Assembly: GCF_000150275.1 (NCBI RefSeq)
Contig: NW_002060947.1
Coordinates: 8,045,880 to 8,109,879 of the forward strand
Length of the DNA stretch: 64,000 nucleotides
From: Trichoplax adhaerens
Lineage: Eukaryota; Animalia; Placozoa
Reading direction: 5' to 3'
Part shown: positions 41,885 to 56,400 of the stretch, in pieces
How positions within the stretch are numbered: the first letter of the stretch is position 1
Layout: each line of letters starts with the position of its first letter
Notes under the pieces: model-generated
The model's database searches: none
What the model was told of the DNA's origin: nothing
The model's input: only the letters and a program-made list of their open reading frames with translations
Translations under genes and position numbers: made by a program

Positions 41885-44800
41885 TTATAGTTCATCTTGA
41901 TCGGTAGACGATACTTTTACTGTTGGAGCTGAATCTTGGCCACTATCAATAACTCTTCCTGTAGCGATAGCTTCGAATTTGGTACTGGATATATGGTCAT
42001 AAAATTGATTCAATTGGTCTATGTCCTAAATCCAGTCACATTAGAAATGATTTAATAGCAGTACTTGACAAATCTTCTGAATGCCGTATAAATAGACAAC
42101 TTACAGTCTGTGAGATATTTTCCACCTCTAAGCTAGTTATCTTTCCATCATTATTTGTATCAAAGACCTTAAATATCTATATAAAAAATGGCGATATTAT
42201 GAAACGTTAGACATAAAGATACAAATTAGTACCCACTACTAAATCATCTTTGGCTTTATCATAGGTATGCAGAAATAGATCAAGAGACTAAATGTATCAA
42301 GAGTATAAGAACCTTTATCATAGATAAATATACAGAGTCCTGCATTGCTATTTCAGGAAGTTCCAACATCTATGACATTTGATTGATTTAAGTTACACGC
42401 AATCATTCTTTATTTGTGTAGTGATTAATTTAAAGCTACTTCTCGTTGTAAGTTATCGAATAAACAATTAGGCTGCCATTTAATATCATTATATTTACTT
42501 TAAATGCTAGTAAAAAAAGCAAAACTAATCTTGGATATATAACAATCAATGGGTATTGAGATGAACCTCATCTAAATATATAAAAAAATTAATCTTGGTG
42601 ACCACTTTCTCCGTATTAAGTGATGCTTTCAAACCAGTTCTACGACATGAATAATGGGTTAGTTTCTTAGCTAAAGAGATTATTTATTGAATAATTAAAT
42701 GATTTAAATTAAAAACAATATTCATGCTGGCAGTATAATTTACATCAGTCGCGTAATATCATCAGTATTCTCCGATTCGTCAGCACTCTCGCTTTCATGA
42801 CTAAAAGAAAATTGATCGAATGTTTTATTAACCAGACCTTCTTGGCACCCGCTCAGGTCGATACATGTAGCATTTTTTGGCTCAAGCCATACATTAACCG
42901 CTATATTATGACCAAAAGACCTGACATGATGTGACCTAGCGTCGAAGAGAATAAAGATGTTTAAGAATAAAATTTAAAAAGCCAACTAAAATGATGTTTT
43001 TGAGGGTATACTGTAAACTTAGAAATACTATACGTGAATGTCATTAGTTGCAACTACAAAGATGAAATAAACTTTACTGCGATTAAAGTGTCATGGAATA
43101 AAGTTTAATTGTAATATTATGGCAAAAAATGTTAAATTAAACTGATTATTTCAGGTTTACTTAGTATTACTGGCTGGTACTAGCTTAGAATTAGGTTAGA
43201 AGATATCTATATATACGAATGTGTTAATAATAATAGATTTTAGCATAATTGCATAAATAATATACTTTCATTTAAATTGAAATAATTTCTAATCCCGACA
43301 TTGAAGAATAAGTATTGTAGTAGAAAGAAAATAACTTTCATCACCAATATTATTTATTACGGTAGTACTTTAGAAGATATAGCATGGAATAACTATTACG
43401 ACCTAATCGGATACGGATTTATTATAAAGTAAATTTAGATAGTACGTTTATATATTCGCTTTCTGATATTCACTTTGATGTAACAATACTAGCATTCAAT
43501 TATTTTATAGCTAAAGTAAAATAAATAAATTAAAATTGTTACCAGTAGAGAGGGATATAGATACAATCGCCGGCTTCCATGTGTGCAAAATGGTATTCTG
43601 CGTTAGCAAGTGTTGGGAATTTATTTAGGTCTACCCTACATTAAGTGATTTAAATGCTAGTTTTTAGTTTTAAGTATAAATCTTTACTCGCAAGTCCTTA
43701 TAATGCTTGAAACCGAGTTTTAGTTCAATCAAGCTAGTACTCTTTAAGATCTATACCATCTTTTAGATAATGAATAAGATGATAAAGCGTTGAAAAGTTG
43801 CGTTTCAGTGCAAAATACTAATCTTCTAGAAGCAAGAATTCCAGAACTGAGAACACAACACGGCTGATTAACCGTGACTAACATTACGAACCTATCGACA
43901 TCAACGGTAGAATAAGTGCCTCTTGGCTTATCAATGAAACCCTGGTTAAGAAAGAGGTAATAGTAATTAGCCATTATAAAATCCTATGCAATAACGATTG
44001 CTGTCAAGAGTAAGTATTCTGATCGAAACTAAAGTCTTGAGAAATTTGTAATTATCGGAAACGAACTTAAATAGACAATCCTACTTTGATGCCTACTTCT
44101 AGAGGGCTTACACTACTTTATAATTATCATGTTTAAGCAATTTAAAATGTTATAAATATACAGTAGTTGATACGACTAAATTGAAACCCCAGAACAAAAT
44201 ATCAAATTAATCTGGAAAGTGAACTAGGCTATTAATTAAAAGCAATGTGATTTCTATTTACCTTATTGGGATATTTTCTGTCAATCATAATGAACTGTTT
44301 ACTGCCACGAAGTAGGCAATTAAGATTTTCATAGCCATCAAAATGTAACACAGATTTAGTGCCACCACTACTAAACCACATCACCTAGTTGTGAATTTTC
44401 AAGTTTAAATTAGTGCCAAATTGTTGATTTAATATTACATATAAATAATTGTAATTATGCCACCATACTCTCCATATCTATACCGAATACTAGGCTATTA
44501 CCGTTTAAATTTTTATAGCAGATTATAAATACAATATATGGGAAGAAGACTTGATATTTAGAAACGAATATTATTCGTCAAAGTAAATAGTATTGCAATC
44601 TTTTAATATTATTATACTATATCAGCCAACGTGATAAATACATATATTATCGTTCAGTACTAATAGAATATTCGGAACAGAAATTTGCAAAAGTATCGAT
44701 TGGAATATCATTAGTATAAAGGGAAAGAAAGATATCTTTGCCCCTAGATAACACTATAAACTACATACCGAATACATCGAATGCAAAAGATATAAAATAC

Positions 44801-46404
44801 CAATGCTAAAATTGACATATGAACTACAATTTAGCCAACTAAAGCATTACGTTAGTTTTACTAGGCTATATCAGCTCTTAAAGCTATTATTCTTTAATTT
44901 CACGTACTCTCCTTTAATATAAAGAAAAGGTCCTAGCCTGTCACGACTACGATACCACTTCTTTATTTATATTTCATTTACTATTAATAAAATCTAATGT
45001 CGATATATCATTTAAAAAGTGGAACTTTATGTGAATAGCATATTTCACATGGTGCACTCAAGACGAAGAAATTTTATCAATGAAATATGCGATAACCTTT
45101 CATGACTGCTCTAATTCGCTATTACATTTCATAGTTCATGCTGACTAACACTAAGAAGGTTAAATTTGGACATGAATTTGTAGTCAATTATTTCTTACAT
45201 GATTAGAATGGGGTATCGTATCGCAAGCTATGCATGACGGCATCCACAGATCCTTCCTATATAAAATTGAAATCAAATATTAGACATTCAGTTTTACAAT
45301 CAGATTATTCATTTTTATATATTATATAATGTTAAGGTTAGGGTTAATGATTCTAGCAGTGTGTAAGCTAATAGCATAATATTCTTGTCGCTATGTTAAA
45401 ATTTCACAATCAATATTAAATTTGTTGCTACTTTAGTGTAGTGATCCTTATTAATTAAAGCGAACTACCGAACTTTGCTATCGATTGATAGAATAATTGA
45501 TGAACGTAAAGAAATACATTGGAATAGTAGCTGAATATAGTAGTACATAAGATAATATTATAAGCTTGTCTGTATGTTTAAAAATTTGACGATTAATATT
45601 AAAGTCTGTTACTTCTCTAGTGTAGTGATCCGAACTAGCTGAAATAAATTGCCAAACGTCAACTACCGATTGATAGGATTATTGATGAATGTAGAGAACT
45701 TTATTTTGGTCATGGTTCTATCAATTACAAGCAACGGTAATGTAGTTTTAGTACTGCTATGATTTATATTTTAACATATTAGTTAGTTCTAATCAACGAT
45801 GAAGTAGAAATTTCTATCTCCTTTGTATCATTTCTAATAAACTTGAATCGATAATGAAGAAAATGCTCTATCAATGTTGAAATTTTAGGCCATCGAAACA
45901 GATTACAGCATCATGACTAACAATAATGTCTCCATGAAGAAATAGAATAAAATTGCCAACATAGACTTTATTTTTAGCTTACTGAAGGAATTTAGGTACT
46001 TTGTCAACCATGTATTCTTGTGTTGTATTATAGCGTTGTATAAATTCTTGGAATGTTGGAAATTTAGGTTGCAGCGTACGATTTTCCTTCTTTTGCACTT
46101 CGGCAAAAATATTTACTGTTGATGCTTCCGGAAATGATAGAAAGTAATCGTCAGACCATAACGTAAAAGCAGGATAGGATTTCGCGGCACCTTTCATGAT
46201 GAATGGTTTGCTCTTGGCCCAATAATCCTGAAAGAAGGTTTTCATAGTTGGAAATCCATCAATCTGTTGCACTTCAACTTTAGATCCAGCTTCTCCGAAC
46301 GGTTTTAGATGACCTATCTTCAATGAATAATCATCTGTTGCAGCACTAAGATGATGACGAGAAAGGAGAAAGAAGATCGTCCACGACAAGATACGGACAT
46401 TCAT
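41885..46404 (-). CDS. JmjC oxygenase + EF-hand, signal peptide, C-terminal QDEL; paralog C (10 exons)
   Basis: Signal peptide MNVRILSWTIFFLLS...; VMWFSSGGTKSVLHFDGYENLNCLLRGSK (HFD 44337-44345); GDCIYIPLYWSHHVRSFGHNIAVNVWL; EF loop DTNNDGKITSLE; ends STDQDEL* (TAA 41885-41887). Confidence 0.9.
45390..45700. repeat. Two-copy ~180 bp tandem duplication in intron 1 of JmjC paralog C
   Basis: TAGTGTAGTGATCC...CGATTGATAG.AT.ATTGATGAA.GTA.AGAA occurs at ~45434 and ~45618. Confidence 0.75.
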
Positions 46405-48485
46405 GTTTGTTTTTAGATCATTTCAACCTGCTTATAGCTTTGAATATTTCAAATAAGTAAATGATCCAGACTTACATCTATTTGAGTTAAATTGAGTTTA
46501 AAACAATAATAGTTGATAACTATACTTAGACTATTGTCATGATAAACAATGAATTAATTTACTTATTCTCGCTATTCATGATATTATAATTTTTTTTATT
46601 TTTAATTCATTATTACAGCATTCGATTAAGAATAAATTGCTTATAATCCGGTCAAACCCACATCTTATAAATTCGATAAAGTAGTTGCAAAATAGGATTA
46701 CTAAATAAAATTAGTAGTTATATGGAGGATTTACGGCAACATTGCTCTTTGGAGCAATGTTTCAAATCGCAATAACACGCTTACAGCATTCGTAGTAAAC
46801 TATAGATTAAAGTAGACAAAATGATAAGTTCACCCGTAAGTATTAGTTTAAGTAATTTTGTTTTCTCGGACACCATTTAAAATGATTAGTGCTAAAATAA
46901 TAATCGTCTAGCTAAATGATTCATCGAATGATGTTATGGCGATAGGGTTTTCCATGTATCATTGGTCTTGTCTTTAGATATTGAAATAATAACATTTATA
47001 TTAAAAAGTGTTCGATAAAAATGAACGTAGACTTTGATGATCAAATTTTGATAGGGAATTGTTGCAATGACTACTTCATACTTGCTGCAAGTCGAGATCG
47101 TTGGAAAGGATTGATAGGCATAAATCTTATATGCCACTGACTTTTGCCAAAATTTATTAATAAATTTTTACAAATTAACTGGAATCTAAAGTTAACTTAT
47201 TCACTATTTATGACATTATAATTGAATAGTGATTTATTATTATACATTTTGTCCAAAATAGATTGCTTATAACCGGCCAAACTGTATCTCCTTCATTAGG
47301 AGGAATAATCTTAAGATAAAGAATTAAAAAGAAGCAGAAGTTGCATGAAAAAATGCCAGATATTGTTATTCCTTTATCTATTTTTCCAATCCTAATAGTG
47401 TTTTACAGCACTCGTAGTTGGTTAAAGATTAAGGTAGATTAAAAAGTACTGTACAGAACAATTTGATCGCTATGCTATCACATAAATGATTGCCATCGAA
47501 ATAATTAATTATTAATCACCGGTTGGATGTCTTATAAAAATGTAGCGAAGGCTATATGCCTTCCATGCGTTACTGATCTCATAATTTTGTACTGAGATAA
47601 TCAAATTTAAATTTATCTTAAATGAGTACGGTAAAAATTATCTCTTATTTTTATTAACAATTCCGACTAGAAGTTATTGTAATTACTATTTTGATACATA
47701 TTTATAAATAATGATTGTTGAAAAGGATTAATAAACGGAATATAATATATATTGCATTGACTTCCACTATAATTAATCAACCAATACCACAGAATTATAT
47801 TAATATAAAGTTTACTCATCTCATAGGATTCATATTAGTTTCTGTCTCTGAGAATTAATTCGCTTAGCATATCGATTTCATAATGAATTTGCTTGATGCA
47901 AAATTTGTCTCGTGAATATGTTTACCTTCACATTATTTACCTAAGTGTGCAAGTGATGTTGCTTGATTCTAAATGCATCAAACAATTTTCACAATCTAGA
48001 ATAGCGTTTACTCATATTATAGGATCTATAACATTAGCTTGTAGTTTCGCTATTAGAAAATATGGAAATTGCCCTTGAATCTTACTCATTTCATTTCTTA
48101 TCTTTATTAAGCGCGTTATAAAGATGCAAAAAGAAAACATACATTAATGAAGTTCAATTGCGCTGCAAGAAGTAGATTGGTTCCGTGCTGTATTCGTAAG
48201 TGGGACCAATTATTATTTACAAAGTTTGAATTTTGGAGGTTATTAAGCCCTTAAATAAATTCTTTTAAACAATGACAAAAACTTTAGCTAAACGAGTAAC
48301 TACAAGGCAAACTATCTTGGCAATGGTAATGGCAATGGAAAGTAAGAATTTTTGATGAAAACAGGTGCTTGACAAATATTTACAGCAAAGAGATTGACAT
48401 TCATAAAGTGTTAGTTTAAAAAGTAGAGTTAAAGTAGTGAAAAAGAAGCCTTTATATTACGCGTAGGAAATATGATATTTTCAAA

Positions 48486-51400
48486 TTATAATTCCTCATG
48501 ATTTTCATTCTCTTGGCTTCCTCCATTATTTATGTCTCCTTTTGCTCTTAATCGTTCTGTTTCAGCTGCATTCCATGAATTCATCAGTTCTAGGATTACG
48601 CCTTGATTTTCACGACTCTTTTATATCAAAGGTAGGATAGCAATCATTTTTTAATCAAGCAAAATATATACATATGCGATATGAAATGACAGCGAACCTG
48701 CTTCCTAATGCCATCAATTTCTTCATGAGTGATATAGCCATTTTTATTAATGTCAATCATGTTGAAAGCCTAGCTTAGTAATTAATACTCGATTCAGTGT
48801 CTAGGCCTGTCTATTACCGCCGTAGATTATTTGTGATTATATTATCGATTTGACACTTAACAAGGAAAGTGAGATTTTCAACCTTAACAAGACTTTGATC
48901 GCCAGTGTTATCTTCAATTTCTAAAGTTTTAGCATCCTAGTTAACAAAAAACGTTTATACAAACGGAAATTTAGTTGTTATATTTTGTAAAAAATAGCGA
49001 AAGAGCCTTAAACGTACCGCCTTTAATAAATATATATATGTCTTTAAATCAATTTTTTTCACATCTCCCAATTGCTTATGCAAAAATAAGCTATAGAATG
49101 ATGATAAACATCTTAGTTACAATCGTAAGAAGCTTTTATTAATTTCATTTCTAAAATCACTATTGCAGAACAAGGATATCGTAGCGATGTCGTAAATAGG
49201 ACATCAAAAGAATGTTGCAGCTTGCCTGAACATTTCTGCACCTTCATCGAGCTCATCACGACCATCGTGGGATGGTGGTTCTACAAGCGAATAAGTGAAT
49301 TGATCTAAAGTTTTATAGGCCTTAGTAACATCTTGACAAGATGAAACATCGAAAAATTTATCTTCTCCCTTCAGCCAGATGTTTACAGCAATATTATAAC
49401 CATAGGATCGCACTTGATGAAACCTAGTATTATTAAATGTCGTAATGTAACTAATATGAGTGAAATGGACATAAACAATAATGTTTTAGCTTCTAAAGGC
49501 TGCTATAAGTGCCTTAATTCAGTCATTTTATCAGACAGATCTTAAACCTTATTTCTAACGTTGCGCCTTGCACAATGCTAATAATGGATGGATACAGCAG
49601 ATCAAGTTAATACTAAAAGTCGTATAGTTACAGAAATTGATGGATTACTAGTATGATTAATATATATTAAACTGAGGAATTGATATAATTATTATATTAA
49701 TGGAAGCTGGCTAGTTTTAAACCTTGGTAATTTTATTTGAGACTTTATTTAAAAAGTTGGTAAACTCGATCGGGTTAATACTTCACAATTGAACTGTATA
49801 GTACTTTTAGATACATCTATTAAGTTTAACTATAGATTATAACGACTGAGATCAGATACTCCACTTTAAGACTCTTCTATATACGTTCTAATAGCATAGT
49901 AGATAGCGTATATACAATATTTAGAAATCGCAATAATGCTCTTCGATTCATTAGTTTTATACATTTGTAGTATTATTGGAAATAAATTGCGGCATAAACT
50001 TTACTTACCAACTAGCTGGAACAAATATACAGTCTCCTGCTTCAATGTGTGTATCATAGAAATCGATTGAAGAAAATACCGGATATTTATCCATATCCAC
50101 CCTATAAGATTTTTACATTAATACTAGAATTACTTTATCATGTTTACAGTATACGGTTAGATTGGACTAGTGCTATTCTAAAATCAAATTGCACTGTATT
50201 TGCTAAATCATTATTAGCTAAATAAGCAAATAGCTTACCTGTCAACATCGACATAAGAATAAGTACCAGGAGCATCAATAAATGTCTTTCAGAATAGATT
50301 AAAAAACATGATTAATAACTTGAGCTAAGCTTACAACTGTACAAATACAACTAAGTGATTAATACCTGATCTGGAGTGTCCTTATTTATCAAGATGAAAT
50401 CTTTTGTACCACGAATTAAACAATTTATATTATGATTTTGATCGGCATGAAGTATCGATTTTGTTCCCCCATTACTTAGCCACATAACCTAAAGTGGTAA
50501 TCAAACTACTTATACTACATATAATTAAATTACGCTAGTAATGGTTGCACTTTAACCGGTGCTAATAGCTGTTAGTATTTTCTCTTACTGGTTCAATATG
50601 AATAAGATCGTCGCATTGAACGCATGGTGGTAGATATAAATCTGTCCTATGTGATAGAATGGATACTAAATAAGAATTTGACAGCATCAAAATATTATTC
50701 GTTGATACAGATGAACAAAAATAATTGATTAGATGTTCACATTAGTATAGTCACTAACGATATTCATATCTTTGCATATCATAAAAAGATGATTTTTTGT
50801 ACAAAAGTCGCGAAAATAAAACCCTTTTCTGGTTTAGATTTTTAAGCTGGAACAGAAAGTCGCTCGCAACAATAAAATTAGCTTGGGATGATTTTATTTA
50901 ATAAATAAGGAAAAAGTTTTGTAGAGAATTCATTTTCACATAAAAGCTCATCGACTTTCAGCATTCCAAATAAAAAAGGAATGAAAATATCTTTTATGAT
51001 GACCATGCTAACTCACGTCTAGTAGTAACTCATTTTATATGCATATCACGTAAAGAGAGTATGCTGATATCTTTTCATCAATTTATTTTCATACGATGAC
51101 AGCAGTTCTGCAATAGTAATTCAATGTCTGCGCTTACTCGTGAAGTAATTGTTGCAAAGAATCCTGCAACATCTGCGATTGAATTTATATTAGTAATAGC
51201 AAGGATTCAACTCGATAGTATTTATGCACAGTAATTACAAAATTTAAATAGTCGTATCAGCTAATAGATAGGAGCAGATATAAAGAAAATACGCCATTAA
51301 AGAACTTATAGATATATCTATTAGAAAGTGGTATTGTTAAAGAAGCCATGATGTATCACGACATCGTAAGTCCTCGTAGAGCAGGCTACAGTAAGGACTA

Positions 51401-52017
51401 CTAAAAACTCTAATCATCTTTGGCTACAGTGGATGCATTTAGTGAGATATGTACAAATCGATAACTTTGGTTCCGATATCTAGGTTTAAATTCGTGATCT
51501 TGAAGTATTAAACTATAAGGAAGTGTTTACAAGTCTCAATTTTCATAGAATATATACATATTCGATCGTTTTAGAAGAGAAGAGTTGCTTACTTTAGGTG
51601 AGAAGGTATATAGCTAACCATATATTCATCAGTGTGATTGTACCGATGTAGAAATTCTGCAAGCGTTGCCCTCAAATATGGTAAGCTATAATTTTGTTTC
51701 TTGCGTTGCTGGATATCAATTTCAGCGGTAGATGTCTCAGGTAGTGATAGAAAATAATCGTCGGACCACTTTGAAAAGGCCGGATAAATCTTAGCAGCAC
51801 CTCTCATAACCAACGGCTTACTTTGAGAAACATGTTGCTTGAAGAACGTTTTCAGTGAGGGGAATCCATTTATTTCTGTAATTTCAATATGGCGACCAGA
51901 GTGTCCTAATGGTTTTAAGTGACCGGGTAGCCCTTTTGTATCCTTGGCTTGAACATATTCAGAATTATAAAAATGGTATAGAACGATGATTAAATATGGG
52001 ATCGCTATAGATTTCAT
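48486..52017 (-). CDS. JmjC oxygenase + EF-hand, signal peptide, C-terminal HEEL; paralog D (10 exons, one GC-AG intron)
   Basis: Signal peptide MKSIAIPYLIIVLYHF...; VMWLSNGGTKSILHADQNHNINCLIRGTK (HAD 50441-50449); GDCIFVPASWFHQVRSYGYNIAVNIWL; EF loop DINKNGYITHEE; ends NENHEEL* (TAA 48486-48488). Confidence 0.9.
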
Positions 52018-53422
52018 TTCGGAGTAAACTATTTTGACTTGTTGATATCGCTTGATGATTACGTCTCGATGATAAAATAAAATTAATTATTTTTTTACTC
52101 TCCCCGTAGGACTAAAGTAGTAACAAACAATAGTTAATGATTTCTCTACAATATAATGGAACAAAAGCGTTTATTATATAGGAAAAATTGTATTCATTAT
52201 TACCCCCCTATGCAAGAAGTAAACTGAATAAAATTACCAACAGGTAGTAATTCAGCTTCTATACGATATTTGTATAAAAAAAAAGGCTGGATGCAAGTTA
52301 ACTAAGTTTTCTATCAATTATCAAATATTTTATATTCGTAGTCGTACATTTTGTTATCATTACGGTTGTATCTATAGTATTGATATTTTAAATTAAATAA
52401 ACATTTTGGATGTTAAACTTACACATAGTCCAAAAATAGAAGAGCCTATTTATTATCGTTCACGATGTCCCAATGTACTTTGAGTAAACTTAGCGACATC
52501 AATTCGCTTTATTTTTGTTCGATGCTATCGCATAAATTATAGATCCTCTACACATCATTTTATACCGACATAACTTGTACGTTAAAATAGGTAATCACAA
52601 CTAAAATATTGCCTAATTAGACCAGCGAAATATAATCAACGCAAACTAAATATTGACTTAATTGTCTACAATGTGATTAAACATGGTTTGCTTTAACATT
52701 TGTATCATACTGACTTGACGTTCTGTCACTTCGCTGGTAGCGATATTTTAATACGATGATTTCGAATGGTCTGGCATCATAATTATTTAACCTACCAAAT
52801 CAATCAATGGTGTTAACAGCTATTAGGTTGGGTCTTAACTATACGTAGTTAGAAGTGTTATTGTTTAGCTTTATCAAATATTGATAGATCTGCAATGATA
52901 TGAGAGCACTATTTATTAAATCCAATACGAAATATTATTTCTGGTGCTGAGGTTCTACATGTTTTATCTAAGCATGCAACTTCGGAGATTCAAAGGTAGT
53001 CAAAAATTAGAAAGCAGTATCGCTCAGTCGCATGCCGAATATTGAAAGGCTCTTACGCTTAGAAAATTTATTCATGACGAAAACTTTCTGCAGCAGTTTA
53101 AGAGATGTTTTAATCATAGTTTATTACTTATAAAAACAAATTATTAAATGATTAATCACCGTACAAATAAGTTAAAAAATTGGTGAAAAGTATAAAATAT
53201 ACGAATACCAGTTAAATATATCGCGAAACAACATAATAGCTAATGCTCTATGTCGTACTAACTGTCCATAAATTAAAATTCTGAGCTAGAAAAATAAAGA
53301 CTTTAAACAATTGCAAGTTAACATAAAATACTTGCCAAAATTAAATGACAGCCGTATAGCTACGGTGAACTGCACGCAAAAGTGTCTTCCAGACAGTAAA
53401 ATTTGTCAAAGGTAAAACACAA

Positions 53423-56400
53423 CTACAATTCGTCACGCTGTTCATTATCATCTTCGACATATTCAAAATCAACGTTTTCATTATCGTCCTCGGGAGGTCC
53501 GCCTTCTCGGCCTGAAATTGGCACAGAAATCGAAGCTACCAAATCGTTTAGAGTTTTATCAACCTTAAATAAGTAGAAATACCAAACATTAATTATTACA
53601 ATCGCGATGATTTAAGAATTAACACTAGTAGTAACGGGAATTAATAATGACAGTTTTTAATACGAACTGCTTTCGAAATCTGATTAGCTTCCTGAATGTT
53701 GATTTCGCCATCATTGTTTGTATCAACTTCCTTAAACATCTACAACAGATTGACGTAAAAATGATGAGGTAAGATATCGCTTACTGGTTTGCTAAATAAA
53801 CGAAAATAAATGTAATATCTAGGTATTATTGTCAGACCTTTGTAATAATTTCGTCATCACTTGCATCTCCTTTCCATTTCCAATTTTCGTTATCCTGAAG
53901 AAGTATCATTCCAAGTGAAATTAATATATACAACAATGCATGCGAATAAGATACAAAAAGGCGTCATAAATTGCACATAATCCTTCTACAAAAGTGAGGT
54001 GTGATTATCCAATGAGCTAACCTCTTTCATCAAATCAATAAATCCTTTCAAATCTGATTTCTTCACATCGCCCAACGTGTCTAAGATATATCCTCTGAAA
54101 AAATAAATAGGTTACAAAGTTGGACTTTATACACAAAATAAAAAAAAGTATCATTGCTCTACGCTAGTGCGATAATCTCTTAAGATAGCATTAAATCCTA
54201 CTTCATAGAACTTATGTCGCCGCTTTCGCTTTGAGTATTTTCATTCGCTTCTGTTTCGAAAACAAAATTATCTAGACCTTTGGGCTGTGGATTAGCCGGG
54301 CAGGAACTAAGGTCAATAGGTTTCTCATAATGTTGGAACCACACGTTAACTGCAATATTGCTGTCGTATGATCGGACATGGTGATACCTAAAAGCGAATG
54401 ATCATTTGAAGTTGACGCAAAAATAGATTTCTATTAAATCAATCGTTCTACCACTATTTTGACATAGCACATAGAAGTAACATAGGATAGTACCTATCGT
54501 CAAATTAATAACTTTTGAATACTGTACAGTACAATTGATTCAATAAGTATCAAAGTTAGCATTGCTGTCGGTCAATCAGTGTTTGATATTGAGATTTCAA
54601 TAACTGAAGTATCCGGTATTTATTGTTCTATGGTATCCAAATTTTAGAACGGCACCCTTAAAAGGCTCTTAATATCACCCATATTTAGATAAAAAAATTG
54701 TACTAAAAACCGCTCACTTTCACTACAGTAATATTATTGAAAATCAAGCTTCATATGAAGATAAAGATAACAGTCCATTTTTTTTATTCTTAACTAAATA
54801 CATCGGACTTTTAGTCTCTAGGATCACCTTTACATCTTCCTACTATACTATACAGCGAATTGTGAATAGAGATAGTGTACAGTATACTGGTATTATCGAA
54901 TCAATTAGAAATAAGATTGCAATGTCTACGTTTTAGAATGAATAATTTTACCAGTGATACGGTATGAAAAGACAATCGCCAGCTTCCATGCGGGCAACTT
55001 GATAGTCTACCTTCCCTAATCCAGGATATTTATTCAAGTCAACCCTAAAATTGGATAGTAACTCTTTGTTAGTGCAAATATTACTTTAAAATTCAATATT
55101 TAAAATTTGTCTTAATATTCACTGATAGTTATTTGGAGGATACAACTGCTGATAAAATATCAATGATATTAAGCGAAACATCACTTCCATTTAAGTCATA
55201 TTGTTTAAAAACATTATATGATTTTTAATTGCATCCGAGGTTAAGATGAAGGTTTGATTTGACAATAAATTAAGTAGTACTCTCAGTCAAATTAGAACGT
55301 GAATATTCTTAATCACGATAGTTTAGCATAATGCAAGTTGAGTGGTGGAACAGTACAACATTCTATTGCAATATAAGCTTGTTAAGCATATCGAAATAAT
55401 AAAAAGTGTCCAGTCAAGTTGTAGGATATTACAGAGGCAAAATCAATATCACAGCCAGTATGGATATAAACATTAACATGAATTCTTTGCTATAAAATAG
55501 AAGTTCGCTTCATGATAGACGTTAGTTTTATGGAACTTTAATGAATAACTAAAATAGAAATGAGACTATTTTTGTGCGCTTATGTGGCCAACTCTATGTT
55601 GCACTGAATTACGGTATACCGAAAGCAAGCATAATTTACGCCTAATATTGTAACATGCAGAAATTTATAAAAATTGAACCCAAGTAAAAGTTGCAATAAA
55701 GGCATGATTAATTCAAGTTGAGCAACATGATTATATTATTATATCTTTTGTAAAGTTTGGAGCTCAATTTTAAGCTTTTACGCATCACGAAGTCACTTAC
55801 TTATCCACATCCACACCAGAATAGCTGCCTTCTTCATGATCAATGGCTACCTAATAAAGGGAATAAAACGATCGTCACGATGTTTACATTGATGAATAAA
55901 TCGTTTCCTCGTCCTATCCTGAGAGAATGGACTTTTATCATCGATCTACCACACATTACAGATTTGAACATTTTCACGTTCAATCGTCCTAATAGACGTC
56001 GACTGATTGTTTGGTTACGTCAATGGATAGCGATGAATATAGTTGGTAATCGCGATAGTCAATCTCTTATTATGATGATAAAGTCAACTTTTGATAATAA
56101 ACTTGTATAATATATTGTGATGATGATAGCAGTCTACGAAAATGCAGTCTAGCCAATTCTTGTATTACGATAGACTCCGTGGTCCATTCATTAGAGGGTC
56201 ACGTCCGCAACATGCAGAAAATCCCCAGAGGTAATTACATTACATTAATCCATTAACAGTTTGGTTTTACTCGTTGACGTAGTCAGTCAATCAAGTCAAC
56301 GATGCTAGCCTTATTATCATTGGAAGAGGAGAGAAATCCAAGAAAGACTATAAACTTGAGTCAAGAGGCAACACGAATAATCTCATTTTAATCAACAAGT

